From Waddliaceae bacterium (GTDB lineage: Bacteria; Chlamydiota; Chlamydiia; Chlamydiales; Waddliaceae): 64,000 nt of DNA. Every line of letters starts with the position of its first letter. Position 1 is the stretch's first letter. The notes below the pieces were generated by a model. It saw nothing but the letters and a program-made list of their open reading frames with translations. It searched no databases and was not told the DNA's origin. Below, piece after piece: positions 9,887 to 19,911 of the stretch. Where the stretch lies: contig CAVRUH010000007.1 of the NCBI GenBank assembly GCA_963724325.1, positions 497,903-561,902 on the forward strand, read 5' to 3'. The position numbers were made by a program, and so were the translations under genes.

Positions 9887-10942
9887 ATGTATTTCTTTAA
9901 TAAACTTTTCTTTCTGTTAACAACAACTTTAGCTTTTACTTCGTTATCAAGCTTTGAAAATAAAACATTATCAAAAGAAAAAGACGCTTTTGATCTTAAA
10001 GGGTCAGAGGTGTCAATTGTCGTTTCCTTGGTTGATTCGTCAACAATCAGTAAAATTGTTGAAAAGTATTATGATCTTGAAGGACCACTAAAAGCTACTA
10101 TTCTAAGTATAGGCATTAATGACATGTACTTAGTAGAAACAGAAAACAAGAAATTTGTTTTACGGTTATCACGTGGTGACAAATATTTGACAATGACAGC
10201 GTCCGAATTTCAATTTGAATTAGAATGGCTCGAATTTTTAAATCAGCACGAAGTCCCTGTGTCATATCCTATCCGGCGATTAGACAATCAGTTATATGGA
10301 TTAATACAAGCACCAGAAGGTCCTCGTTTCTTCACTTTATTTAGCTATGCTGAAGGAACAACCGATATGAATGTAGAACAAGCATTTGTTCTAGGAAAAA
10401 CTTTAGCTCAGCTTCATATGGCTTCTGATCAATTTAAGACGACTCTTAACCGAAATCATTTGAGTATTGACAATCTCATTAATGACTCCATAAAGCGTAT
10501 TAATGACTTTTTCGGGGATACGGATCAAAAAACTTGCACTTTTCTTGATGAATTAGCTGAAAACTTGACCCAACAAATTTCTGAATTAGATCTAGACAAT
10601 TTTAACTATGGAATTGTTGGGGGAGATGTTCATGGGCATAATCAGCACTTTACTAAAGATAATCATATTACAATGTTTGATTTTGAGTTTTGTGCGTATG
10701 GTTACCGAGTTTATGACATAGCCACATTTAAGTGGAGTCGGGGCTCTACTGATATAGAACTATGGCATTCATTTTTGGATGGATATCAATCTATTCTGGA
10801 ATTAAGTGATTCAGAATTAAAAGCTATAGATGTCTTTGTTAAAATAAGGAATTTGTGGTGGATGGGAATGAGAGTAACACTATCAGAGTCTAAACATAAA
10901 CTAGATGCTAAATTCTGGGAACGCGCTTTTTCTCGCTTTTAA
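9887..10942 (+). CDS. APH/homoserine kinase type II-like phosphotransferase with N-terminal signal-like peptide
   Basis: FVLR, E-rich alpha-C region, LAQLH, GDVHGHN, FDFE and YDIA motifs. Confidence 0.85.
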   Translation: MYFFNKLFFLLTTTLAFTSLSSFENKTLSKEKDAFDLKGSEVSIVVSLVDSSTISKIVEKYYDLEGPLKATILSIGINDMYLVETENKKFVLRLSRGDKYLTMTASEFQFELEWLEFLNQHEVPVSYPIRRLDNQLYGLIQAPEGPRFFTLFSYAEGTTDMNVEQAFVLGKTLAQLHMASDQFKTTLNRNHLSIDNLINDSIKRINDFFGDTDQKTCTFLDELAENLTQQISELDLDNFNYGIVGGDVHGHNQHFTKDNHITMFDFEFCAYGYRVYDIATFKWSRGSTDIELWHSFLDGYQSILELSDSELKAIDVFVKIRNLWWMGMRVTLSESKHKLDAKFWERAFSRF

Positions 10943-11005
10943 CCGGTATTTGAAAAAAACACAAACCAACTTTTATCACCTTCGGTATACACCCAAAACC
11001 TTCTT

Positions 11006-12319
11006 CTATAATCTTGAGTGTCTTTCTATGCCAGTTTCTTGTGCATATGAAGCAATCTGCTTTTGTATTTCTTTTGGAGTTAAAATAACAGGTTGGAACC
11101 AATAAAGAGCCCGTGGAATGTTATTGGTGTAAATTTGCGAGCGAAAATTCCAATTTTTAATAAACCACCCTGGAATTTCGTGCATCTTACCTGGGATAGC
11201 ATTTATTTTTAATGTCTGATTTTTTTGATGGTGATAGCTCATTTCTTTTACATGTCCAGGATCGTCAAATCGTATAAAAATGCATAAATATTTACTTTGA
11301 TCGTCTAAGAGTTCGATTTCTTGAAATGATTGAAACCAATAGGTGCCAGACTCAATTATTTTTTTAATTTCGTCTCCGTTGAGATTGGTAATAGCAGATG
11401 AAAATAGCTTGTCATCAATTAATGGAGCTGTGCCGTTAGCAATTCTAAAGACTACCGCTTTGAACAAAACCAACTCTATTTTTTCGATTTGTTTTTGAAA
11501 AAATTCCCCACTCCAATTTTCAACAAATTTTCTTTCTTCGGGTCGAAGAAAATTTTCAACATCACGTTTAGCTGATTTCCAATCCAAAGTCGTGATTTTT
11601 TTTTCAAATTCTTCATATAGCCATTGTTTACTGTAAGGTATTTCTTTTTCTTTATATGGCCCAGCTTGGTAAAGTGCATTTTTAAGTAAAAGGTAATTTA
11701 TTGGTGTTTGTTTCGACAGATACCAAAGAAAATCAAACCAATCACGCCCTTTTTCATATTTTCTACAAAGCAATGCATGGCATTTGCTAGCGAATAGACT
11801 GGGAAAATCTTGTATGAGAATAGAGAATGGATAAGGATAGGTTAAAAATGCATTCTCAAAATTAGAACCTTCAGGAGGTTGTGTATCAATTTCCAGCTTA
11901 ATTGTAATTTTTTGTTCATCAGAAGGCAACCTATCATATGTTAATTCCAGAATTCGAGCAAAAGAGTCCTCTTTTAAAAATGCTGTTTTGATAGCTCCTT
12001 TAGCTTCAGCACGTTCTTTAATTTCTAGATTTACCCCAAAAGAGTTGAATTCCACTTCAATAGCCTTCAGATAGGATTGCCATTGGAATGATCTCGATGG
12101 CTTCAAAAGGACAAAATCTAGGTCTTCTGAAAATCTTCTTAATTGATGTACGATCCTTAGCGCTGTTCCTCCCTGAAAAGCAGCTAATTTAAAGAAATCA
12201 CTTCTTGCTAAACCAGCCAATGCAATTTCTTGATAGATTTCTTTTAGAGCACTAAGTTCCTCTTGTTTAGAAAGTGATTTATAATTTTTAAGTCGTTCTT
12301 GAATAATTGTGATAGTCAT
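11006..12319 (-). CDS. AbiEii-family nucleotidyltransferase toxin with ~150 aa C-terminal extension
   Basis: FQGGTALR, RFSEDLDF, KLEIDT, ASKCHALLCR and KGRDWFDF motifs. Confidence 0.92.
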   Translation of the reverse strand: MTITIIQERLKNYKSLSKQEELSALKEIYQEIALAGLARSDFFKLAAFQGGTALRIVHQLRRFSEDLDFVLLKPSRSFQWQSYLKAIEVEFNSFGVNLEIKERAEAKGAIKTAFLKEDSFARILELTYDRLPSDEQKITIKLEIDTQPPEGSNFENAFLTYPYPFSILIQDFPSLFASKCHALLCRKYEKGRDWFDFLWYLSKQTPINYLLLKNALYQAGPYKEKEIPYSKQWLYEEFEKKITTLDWKSAKRDVENFLRPEERKFVENWSGEFFQKQIEKIELVLFKAVVFRIANGTAPLIDDKLFSSAITNLNGDEIKKIIESGTYWFQSFQEIELLDDQSKYLCIFIRFDDPGHVKEMSYHHQKNQTLKINAIPGKMHEIPGWFIKNWNFRSQIYTNNIPRALYWFQPVILTPKEIQKQIASYAQETGIERHSRL

Positions 12320-12948
12320 GGTTGCAGTCCCTTTAACAAAACATTAAGAGCTTTTTTCACCCTAGGGCTTGGATAATTTTCGATAATCTCACCGAGTAAT
12401 TTTTTATCGGAATTTTGAAAGCTTTCGATTTCGATACGAAGATCCTCAGAAAGATCCTCCATCGATTCCCATGTTCGCTTTCTGGCATAGACAATATCAG
12501 CGAGAGCCTTCACAGGAGATGCAATAAATAAAGTTAATGCATCTTGCTGATGCTGTTCAACTCCAAAAGAAAATGCTTTAATCGGAATATGCTCATAAGA
12601 AAAAATGCCCACCGGGGTTTCGAATTCTTTGGCTCTTTTAACCGATGCGCAGGTTATTGTTCTAACAGCCTCAGGAATCCATCCATGATAGCTCAATGCT
12701 GATTCAAAACTTAGATAAGATGGACCATAGATAATCGAAGCGATCTCAAAGTAATTAAGAAGGGTTCTTTTGGCATTTTTTATTAAATATAAATCTCTTC
12801 GAATGGGAACAAGATAACCTTCTCGGATAGCCCTTTTAATGATTGCGTGGCGAGAATCGGCTGTCTTATCCAAAATATAATATAAATCAACTCCAGAGAT
12901 GTAAGGCTTCGGCCAATTCAGCAAAATTTCAAGAAGATTGCTATTCAT
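12316..12948 (-). CDS. AbiEi-family antitoxin / transcriptional regulator
   Basis: PSYLSFESALSYHGWIPE and IASPVKALAD motifs; 4-bp overlap with the abiEii-like gene. Confidence 0.88.
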   Translation of the reverse strand: MNSNLLEILLNWPKPYISGVDLYYILDKTADSRHAIIKRAIREGYLVPIRRDLYLIKNAKRTLLNYFEIASIIYGPSYLSFESALSYHGWIPEAVRTITCASVKRAKEFETPVGIFSYEHIPIKAFSFGVEQHQQDALTLFIASPVKALADIVYARKRTWESMEDLSEDLRIEIESFQNSDKKLLGEIIENYPSPRVKKALNVLLKGLQP

Positions 12949-13088
12949 AATAACCTACTGTTAGCTGTCACATTTTGATGGTTTCTTACATAAGATAATG
13001 GATTCGCATTTTTTATGCAAGATATTGTCAGAAAATGACAGTTTTTTACATGAAAAAAGTTAATGCATGAGCCTTAAACTTCTCCAAA

Positions 13089-13747
13089 CTACTTGAAGAA
13101 GCCAAATTTATATACGAGCCCAACTCCGATGGAGTGGTTATAGAAATGACAGCCTCCCTGATGGAATTTGTATTCCAAAGTAATCTCTGTATTGCAGAAG
13201 ATCGGATAGGCTAACCCAGCCATCACTTGCCAAGAAAAATGGTTCCACTTTTGGTTAAAAATCAATACGAGAATTTGAGGAATGCATTTGTTGGAAATCA
13301 TAGCCTATGCCAGCTCCAATAAAAGGTTGGATATTCCAAAATGCACACCCCCACGAAGATAAAGGCAAATCCCATAATAGGTTGGCCATATACGAGGAAG
13401 TTTGGAAATGTCCATGCTTGGAAGAACCTTCTCCAAAGAAATGGATTTTTCTTATAGCATTTCTTCTAAAAGCATATTCAGCTTCCAAACGCAAGCCATA
13501 ACGCCAACAATAACCCAACGAACCGGCAACAATATACCCTGTCTGATATGTGGATTTGTTTCCATCGATTGCAGTGTTTTGCAAGAAATTAGCACCGCTC
13601 AAAAATCTTAGCATAGAAATTTGTCTCATCAACACAGCAGCTGTCTTCATAACAGCAGGAGTTTTCAGCACACCATTCTTGAGCTTGTGCATCAGCTGCC
13701 ATGAAAAATAAGAGTGACATTAAAAGTAGCAGAATATTTTTTTTCAT
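13089..13747 (-). CDS. outer-membrane beta-barrel protein (OmpA/OmpW-like), frameshifted
   Basis: Signal peptide, Cys-rich N-terminus, LRLEAEYAFRRN, PFIGAGIG, FSWQVMAG, terminal KF, spread over three frames. Confidence 0.8.
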
Positions 13748-13770
13748 GTTGATGATCTCATTGTTATTTT

Positions 13771-15514
13771 TCATTTGCGCAAGACACGTTTCAGAATTTC
13801 GCTACTCCGTAATCCGATCATCATAGCTGGTGCTGTCGTATTGATATCAGGAATCACCGGACAGATGGAGTTGTCCGCTACAAAAACGTTCTTTGTGCCA
13901 TAAACACGTGTGTCGCCATCTACCACACCTCCGGCGTCCAGAGGAGCCATTTTACAGTGCGATACAAAGTGGTGTACATCCAGTGAAAGATTGCTGTTAT
14001 TTTTCACGTACTGCTCAACCACTGCATCGTTATAACCAGAAAGGATGACTAAGTTGATCGGGTCACTTAAAATGGGTTTAAAGTAAGGCGAGGGGAATGG
14101 GTACAAGAGATTTAGTTGATCTAGCAGAGCGCGAATATAGACCTGAGACGGCATTCTTCATATTCTCCAGGTCTACAGGATTTTGGTAAAAGCCGTCGTC
14201 CGCTGCGGCTATCTGAAATGAGTTGTCGCTTTGGATTGTGACACTACCCTCACTCACTGGGTTCAAAAGATCAAATCCAATGGCTAATAGCGGAGGTGTC
14301 TGTGCGGTAGCCGGTATGTATTCGAACAAAATCTGTAGCATTCGTGGGTCGCTGGCACTACCGCCCACTACTGGCAAGTAGACATTATTGATAGTAAATG
14401 CATACGGAGCTCCAGCTGGTATACCACTAAGTGCGGGATCTGCTAGCATCGTAATAAAGATGAGCGGATGGTTTTGGAGATGTTTTCCTACGTTCTCATT
14501 GATGAAAACGGGCTTGATCCCTGCATTCTTTAGCGCTTCCGACGGACCTATGCCCGAAAGCTGTAGCAACTTGCTACTGTTGATGCCACTCGCCAAAACA
14601 ACGGCTTTCCGAGCTCGTGCTTCGAAGAGTTTGACCGTCCTTTATATATTTTACTTTTTTGGCACGCCCATGTTTGTCAAATATTATTTTCACAGCTACC
14701 GAATCGAAGAGCATAAACAGTTTGTGTCCATTAACTCCTTGACCTTCTGGCGTCATAACCGTGCTATTTAAATATGCTGTCGCGCTACTCACTCGTTTGG
14801 TACCTGTAGGATCAATAAACCACTGAGCACGAGGGTCTATGCAATTCTCCACACTCGGATCATTATAGTCCACCACAGTTGGAATTCCAGGAAACGCTGC
14901 CTGTGACGCGGGCAATAGTACGTTCGATGTTATCTGCGACACCGTAGGTGTCTGTAGCACATTGACAGGACCGTTGTCTCCTCGTGCCCCTGGTGTGATT
15001 GTCAATCCTTGGTAGTTCTCAAGAGCATTGAAGGTTGCCAGAATATTGTCCAGACTCCAATTGCTGCTGCCAGAAACTCCTTCCCAACGCGAGTACACGG
15101 CATTCGAGCCACGACCATAGTATAATCCGTTAATCGATGAGCCACCGCCCAATACCATTCCTGTTGTCCAATCACTTGTTCGTCCATTGAGCCCTGGCAT
15201 TGGTACGGTTTGATTCCATCCCGGCCAAAAATACTTGTACTTTCCTGTCCCAGCCAATAGGAATGCTGGGAGACCCACAGCCTCTATTGCTGGATCATTT
15301 GTTAAATTTGCCCCCCCTCTATTCCTAATACTGAAAAGAGACCATTCTCTGATAGCTGGTTCATCAATATGCAACCTGCCGCTCCACCACCCACTACTAT
15401 GATATCTGCCTCTAGTTCGTTTCCCGACATTTTGCATCGATAAGGAGAAGATTGATCGCCAAAAAGGTTGACTGTAGCAGTTACTAAAGCGAGGGTAATA
15501 AATTTGATTTTCAT
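13771..15514 (-). CDS. GMC (glucose-methanol-choline) oxidoreductase with signal peptide, frameshifted
   Basis: VGGGAAG, LGGGSSING, LLQLSGIG, VGKHLQNH, RVYGTKNVFVADNS and NTTAPAMMIG across four frames; GGAGG RBS. Confidence 0.92.
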
Positions 15515-15624
15515 AGTTGATTCCTCCATGATACACTATCAATAACAAAATTTTTGTTGTCAAGGAATTAAAAAGTCAATAATTTTTCGTGAAATTCAAA
15601 CCCGTTAAAAGTGGGTTTAATGCG

Positions 15625-15690
15625 AAAAAAAAATTGAGCCCTGCAAGGGACGGCACATATTTGCCACTCTTTCAGAGCTCACACTTTTTT
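15625..15690. terminator. long imperfect hairpin flanked by A and T tracts (bidirectional terminator / REP-like)
   Basis: TGAGCCCTG..GGCA/TGCC..CAGAGCTCA stem between an A run and a T run. Confidence 0.5.
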
Positions 15691-15776
15691 TCACAATATA
15701 CCAGGCCTGGCGGCACTGGACTGTCAAGAGTCAGACCTTCGGTCCTCCGGAATAATTAAATTATCCAAAAGACTCT

Positions 15777-17246
15777 CTAAACTATGGCCGAGCCCCACTC
15801 ACGAGACCCTCGTAAACACCGTCCTTTAGGTCCATCACCTTCACGTAGCACACCTTTGGAATGTAGAAGTTCCACAGCCTCAGCTGAATCCTTCACTTTA
15901 GAAGCACTACGTGCTAACATTTCTTCTTCAAATTCAGTTAGTACAATTTCTCTCAATCCGGTTTCTCTCCATTTAGACAAGGGAGTACATGCTATTGAAA
16001 TGTTACGAGCCAGTGCCAGTGCATCCAACAGAGCCTGATTTGCACCTTGTCCTTTAAATGGACTCATAGGGTGAGCTGCATCTCCAATCAAAGTAAATGC
16101 CCCAGCTTTTTCCAATAATTCCGACTTGAGTAATTCTCGGTCGTACACGGGATAACCTGAAATTTGTGCCGGCAGGGTTGCTGATAAAATTTGAGGAATG
16201 GGCTTATGCCACTGTGTTCTACGACACGCTTCTTCTTTAAGTGCCTGAGCTCCTTGTGCACTCAAGGCCTTAGCTTCTTCTTCGGGCATGGGGAAACTAA
16301 GTTGCCACATTACCGAGTCTAACGAGTAAGGCATCATGTAGATTCGCTCATGGCCATTGACGGTTTGAAACACGGTGGCTGAGTCGAGCAAAGAACTCTC
16401 AACACCCTTAAGAGCCTCTAAAGAACAAATACCCAAAATTACCACATAACCCAGGTAACGTAAAGGAGTAATATCCTCACCAATCAACAAGCTGCGCACA
16501 ACACTACGAACACCATCGGCACCCACCACCAAATCTGCCTTGGCATTCTTCATCTCTCCGTTAACTTGAAAGCTCAGCTCAACACTTTTATCTTCACATT
16601 GTTTAAAACAAACTAAGCGGTGCCCCCACTGCACGGCATCATGGTCGCCCAATTGCTCAAGCAACGCTAAGCGCAAGGCCTGTCGCGGGATATGCACATT
16701 TATACGCTTTGGAGACTTTTTAATGTTTGAATGCGTCCTCATTCCCCATTCAATAATTTCTTTTCCTTCTGTAGTATGCACCACATGGCGTGTGGAATTA
16801 CCCCCGTCTTTTAAAGAGAAAAGACCCAATCCTTTAATTGCGTTACTTGCTTGTTGCAAGGTAAGTCCGTAGCCCTGAGCTCGTGCATCGAAGCTGCTAT
16901 CGCGCTCATAAAGGGTAAATGGAATGCCACGATGCAAACAAGCTACAGCCAGCGCCACGCCTCCTATACCTGCACCAATAATTGCTACATGTGGATAGTT
17001 TTCTGAATCTGCTATGGGGTGACTAGTAGCAGGAATCAAGCCAGATCCACTGCAATTATCGCATAAATATTGAGTAATCTTAGGGCGAACCGAAGCCTTT
17101 CCTTCACCCTGAGTTTTTTCAAATTCATTAATTGCTATTTGGTAGCGGAGTCTCGCTTTCTTGCGGAGCTTCAAGTTTTTTTTGCCGCGTCCATAACATT
17201 TCGGACAAATAGTCCAGTAAGCCTTTTTATTTTCCACTTTTTTCAA
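15777..17246 (-). CDS. FAD-dependent monooxygenase with N-terminal CxxC..CxxC zinc-ribbon
   Basis: IIGAGIGG, VGADG, LIGDAAHPMSPFKGQGANQALLDA; N-terminal CPKC and CDNC. Confidence 0.92.
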   Translation of the reverse strand: MKKVENKKAYWTICPKCYGRGKKNLKLRKKARLRYQIAINEFEKTQGEGKASVRPKITQYLCDNCSGSGLIPATSHPIADSENYPHVAIIGAGIGGVALAVACLHRGIPFTLYERDSSFDARAQGYGLTLQQASNAIKGLGLFSLKDGGNSTRHVVHTTEGKEIIEWGMRTHSNIKKSPKRINVHIPRQALRLALLEQLGDHDAVQWGHRLVCFKQCEDKSVELSFQVNGEMKNAKADLVVGADGVRSVVRSLLIGEDITPLRYLGYVVILGICSLEALKGVESSLLDSATVFQTVNGHERIYMMPYSLDSVMWQLSFPMPEEEAKALSAQGAQALKEEACRRTQWHKPIPQILSATLPAQISGYPVYDRELLKSELLEKAGAFTLIGDAAHPMSPFKGQGANQALLDALALARNISIACTPLSKWRETGLREIVLTEFEEEMLARSASKVKDSAEAVELLHSKGVLREGDGPKGRCLRGSREWGSAIV

Positions 17247-17438
17247 TCTTCTTTAAAGTAATTACTATTCCAATGAAAAAACAGGTAATTTCAAACGGAT
17301 TTTCGCCGATACGAGTATTGTATCTTTTGGAATGCATTATTTTCAAGGTGGTTTTTAAATTATTTTAAGCAGCTACGGATAAAAATTTTGATAATTTTGC
17401 TGATAGTCTTTCCATGGAAAAGTTCGAAGTGTACTCAG

Positions 17439-17466
17439 TAACTGGAGATTTTGGTGGTGCTCCCGA
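17439..17466 (+). repeat. 28-bp imperfect direct repeat, copy 1
   Basis: TAACTGGAGATTTTGGTGGTGCTCCCGA; 25/28 identical to 19701-19728. Confidence 0.8.
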
Positions 17467-17635
17467 TGATTTTCACTTGTTATATTACCAATTTTTTCGT
17501 AAAATAGCCAAAAATGGAAATGAATATTCACGATGTGTTATAAATGCAATATTTAGGAAACAATGAAACATTTTCCGCTTCTCAAGTCCTAACATCTGGA
17601 AACTCAAGCAAAAATTTTCTCTTTTATTGAAAAAA

Positions 17636-17683
17636 TTGCATTATATTTCATGTTTTGGTATGATTATATTATCGAAACACGAA
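17636..17683 (+). promoter_or_regulatory. sigma66/70-type promoter overlapped by an inverted repeat
   Basis: TTGCAT-N17-TATGAT; TTCATGTTT ... AAACACGAA inverted pair straddles the -10. Confidence 0.55.
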
Positions 17684-17711
17684 GTTAAACTTCACGAATT
17701 AAGGGGGTATT

Positions 17712-18281
17712 GTGGATTCAACTACATTGAATGGAGCGTTAGAGGTATTGGGTTCTTACTTATCAGATAAAGGATTGAAATATGAAATGGCAGCAATCGG
17801 CGGAGGGGCCTTATTGCTACTGGGACGCATTATTCGACCTACCAAGGACTTGGATATAGTTGCTTTAATAGATGAAAAAAAACTTATTTCTGCCCATCCC
17901 CTGCCAGCTCCACTACTTGAGGCAATTAGAGAGGTGGGATTAGCACTCAAGCTTCCTGAAGATTGGATCAATTCAGCCCCGGCAGACCTGTGGAAAATGG
18001 GTCTACCGGAAGGATTTCAGGATCGTTTAGACCCGCTCCACTTTGGAGGGTTAACGATTTATTGTGCGAGTAGGTTTGATCAGATTTGCTTTAAACTATA
18101 TGCATCAGTGGATCAGGGGCCTAATTCAAAACACTTCGAAGATTTAAAGCTTTTGCAACCAAACCCAGCGGAACTTAAAAAAGCAGCAAATTGGTGTAAA
18201 ACTCATGACGTTTCAGAAGAATTTGCAGGATGTTTAATAGCAGCATTGCAGCGAACTCGGAGGGTAAAATGGACACAATGA
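17712..18281 (+). CDS. DUF6036/AbiEii-like nucleotidyltransferase
   Basis: IGGGALLL, RPTKDLDIV, LPEDWINS, FKLYA and KHFEDL motifs. Confidence 0.8.
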   Translation: MDSTTLNGALEVLGSYLSDKGLKYEMAAIGGGALLLLGRIIRPTKDLDIVALIDEKKLISAHPLPAPLLEAIREVGLALKLPEDWINSAPADLWKMGLPEGFQDRLDPLHFGGLTIYCASRFDQICFKLYASVDQGPNSKHFEDLKLLQPNPAELKKAANWCKTHDVSEEFAGCLIAALQRTRRVKWTQ

Positions 18282-19690
18282 GAGAGGAGTTTGACCACTA
18301 TCTTGCTGGAATTGCCTGGAGCTCCTGGAGAGAGTTGGGAGTAGCCGGAACAGATCGATTTTACGAGAATTGTCTAATCCAACCAGAAGAGCTTATTATT
18401 TTGACTACGATCGTCTCCAAATATGACCCTCGTTTACGAGATGAGGCTTTGGATTGGTCCTCCCGTTATCATGAATGTATTTCAGTGAGTCGATTACGCA
18501 CTTTTCTAAGAAAAATGGGCGCTGATGTGGTGCACTCCTTTTCACAATTTGCTGCGGCCTTAAATTCTGTATCATCAGCAAAATGGCCGAACGGGGAAGA
18601 AGTCGTTCACTTTAAAGCTAAAGTTAGCGGGAAATCTTCATTGCCGGCACTCGACTCACCCTCTCTGCTTATGCTTCGTTTACGAAATTTATTTGGCCCT
18701 GGAGCAAAAGCCGATATACTAACACACTTTTTGACGAAAAATGGAATGCACTTTTCAGCCTCTGATCTGATCGAAATAGGATATTCTAAAAGAAGCCTGA
18801 TGACTGCACTTGATCATTTAGCAGCATCGGGAGTGCTCGACGTAACAAATATAAGAAATAAGAAAAATTACGAATTAAGAAAACCAAGAGAACTGCAAGT
18901 AATCATTGGTAAGTTACCGAGGATAGCTCCTCCCTGGAGTAAAATATTGCAAGTGATTGTTGCAATTCACTCCGCAATTCCCGAGATCCAAAAAAGCTCG
19001 AAGATGACCAAGGGAGTGATACTCCGAAATTGCTTGATCAAGATAGAATCCTTATTGCCAATTTTTATTTCGCCAATCCTCCATAACGCTCCTGACTTTG
19101 AACGAGATTGGAAAGCTGTTATGGAGATTTTTAAAGCATTTCAACAAGGGAATTTTTTTATGCAATTTGAAGTATATAACGAGATTGACAAAATTGTAAT
19201 TCATCTTTTGCGCGACCTCTATCAGGTGGATGACTGTGTGGATGGAATTGAAATGATCCTAGATAAGAGGGAATTCGAGGCCAGCCGGCACGAGAACGTA
19301 TACAAAGAATGCTATCAACTCTTTTTAAGTTTTGTAGGCGATTTGAAAGTACGCCTAAAAGAATTTATCGAGTTTCCTTTTCATAAAATGATGGATGAGT
19401 CTCTCGCTGATATCCCTTATCGGTTTTCAAAAGAGCAGCTTCCTCAATTATTGGAGAAGATGGATCAGATTCAGTCGATTGATCGGATCACCAATTTTCA
19501 ATTAGCCTCTCGGCAATATCAAATATTTATGCCGGAATTCGATATTTTAAGGCAGTTCATTTACACATTTAGAAAACGGCTTGTAGATCTATATTTCGTC
19601 AAAACTGATATTCATTTACTCACGCTCCCAACGACCTTATTTAAGCGGCATCTCGTCCTCGATTTATTTTCGATTGATGCGGAAAATTAA
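18269..19690 (+). CDS. hypothetical protein with central winged HTH and helical C-terminal extension (partner of the nucleotidyltransferase)
   Basis: Overlaps the upstream stop (GGAG RBS, MDTMREE; ORF track starts at 18230); KADILTHFL..SASDLIEIGYSKRSLMTALDHLAASGVL wHTH pattern. Confidence 0.7.
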   Translation: MDTMREEFDHYLAGIAWSSWRELGVAGTDRFYENCLIQPEELIILTTIVSKYDPRLRDEALDWSSRYHECISVSRLRTFLRKMGADVVHSFSQFAAALNSVSSAKWPNGEEVVHFKAKVSGKSSLPALDSPSLLMLRLRNLFGPGAKADILTHFLTKNGMHFSASDLIEIGYSKRSLMTALDHLAASGVLDVTNIRNKKNYELRKPRELQVIIGKLPRIAPPWSKILQVIVAIHSAIPEIQKSSKMTKGVILRNCLIKIESLLPIFISPILHNAPDFERDWKAVMEIFKAFQQGNFFMQFEVYNEIDKIVIHLLRDLYQVDDCVDGIEMILDKREFEASRHENVYKECYQLFLSFVGDLKVRLKEFIEFPFHKMMDESLADIPYRFSKEQLPQLLEKMDQIQSIDRITNFQLASRQYQIFMPEFDILRQFIYTFRKRLVDLYFVKTDIHLLTLPTTLFKRHLVLDLFSIDAEN

Positions 19691-19700
19691 ACGTGCCCAA

Positions 19701-19728
19701 TAACTGGAGATATTGGTGGTGACCCCGA
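19701..19728 (+). repeat. 28-bp imperfect direct repeat, copy 2
   Basis: TAACTGGAGATATTGGTGGTGACCCCGA. Confidence 0.8.
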
Positions 19729-19911
19729 GCTCAAGGATCAGAAAGAGATCATATATCCCGAGGCATCAGAACATGCAAAAACCAAGCAATTAAATCCCCT
19801 GCTCGGGAGTGCCCATCATCGCATTGAGGCATTACCATTTTTTATCTATGAAATTAGATCCCCCCAGTTTTCTTTGACCCCCGTTTTAAACAGTGAAGTT
19901 TGAAGGCTTTC

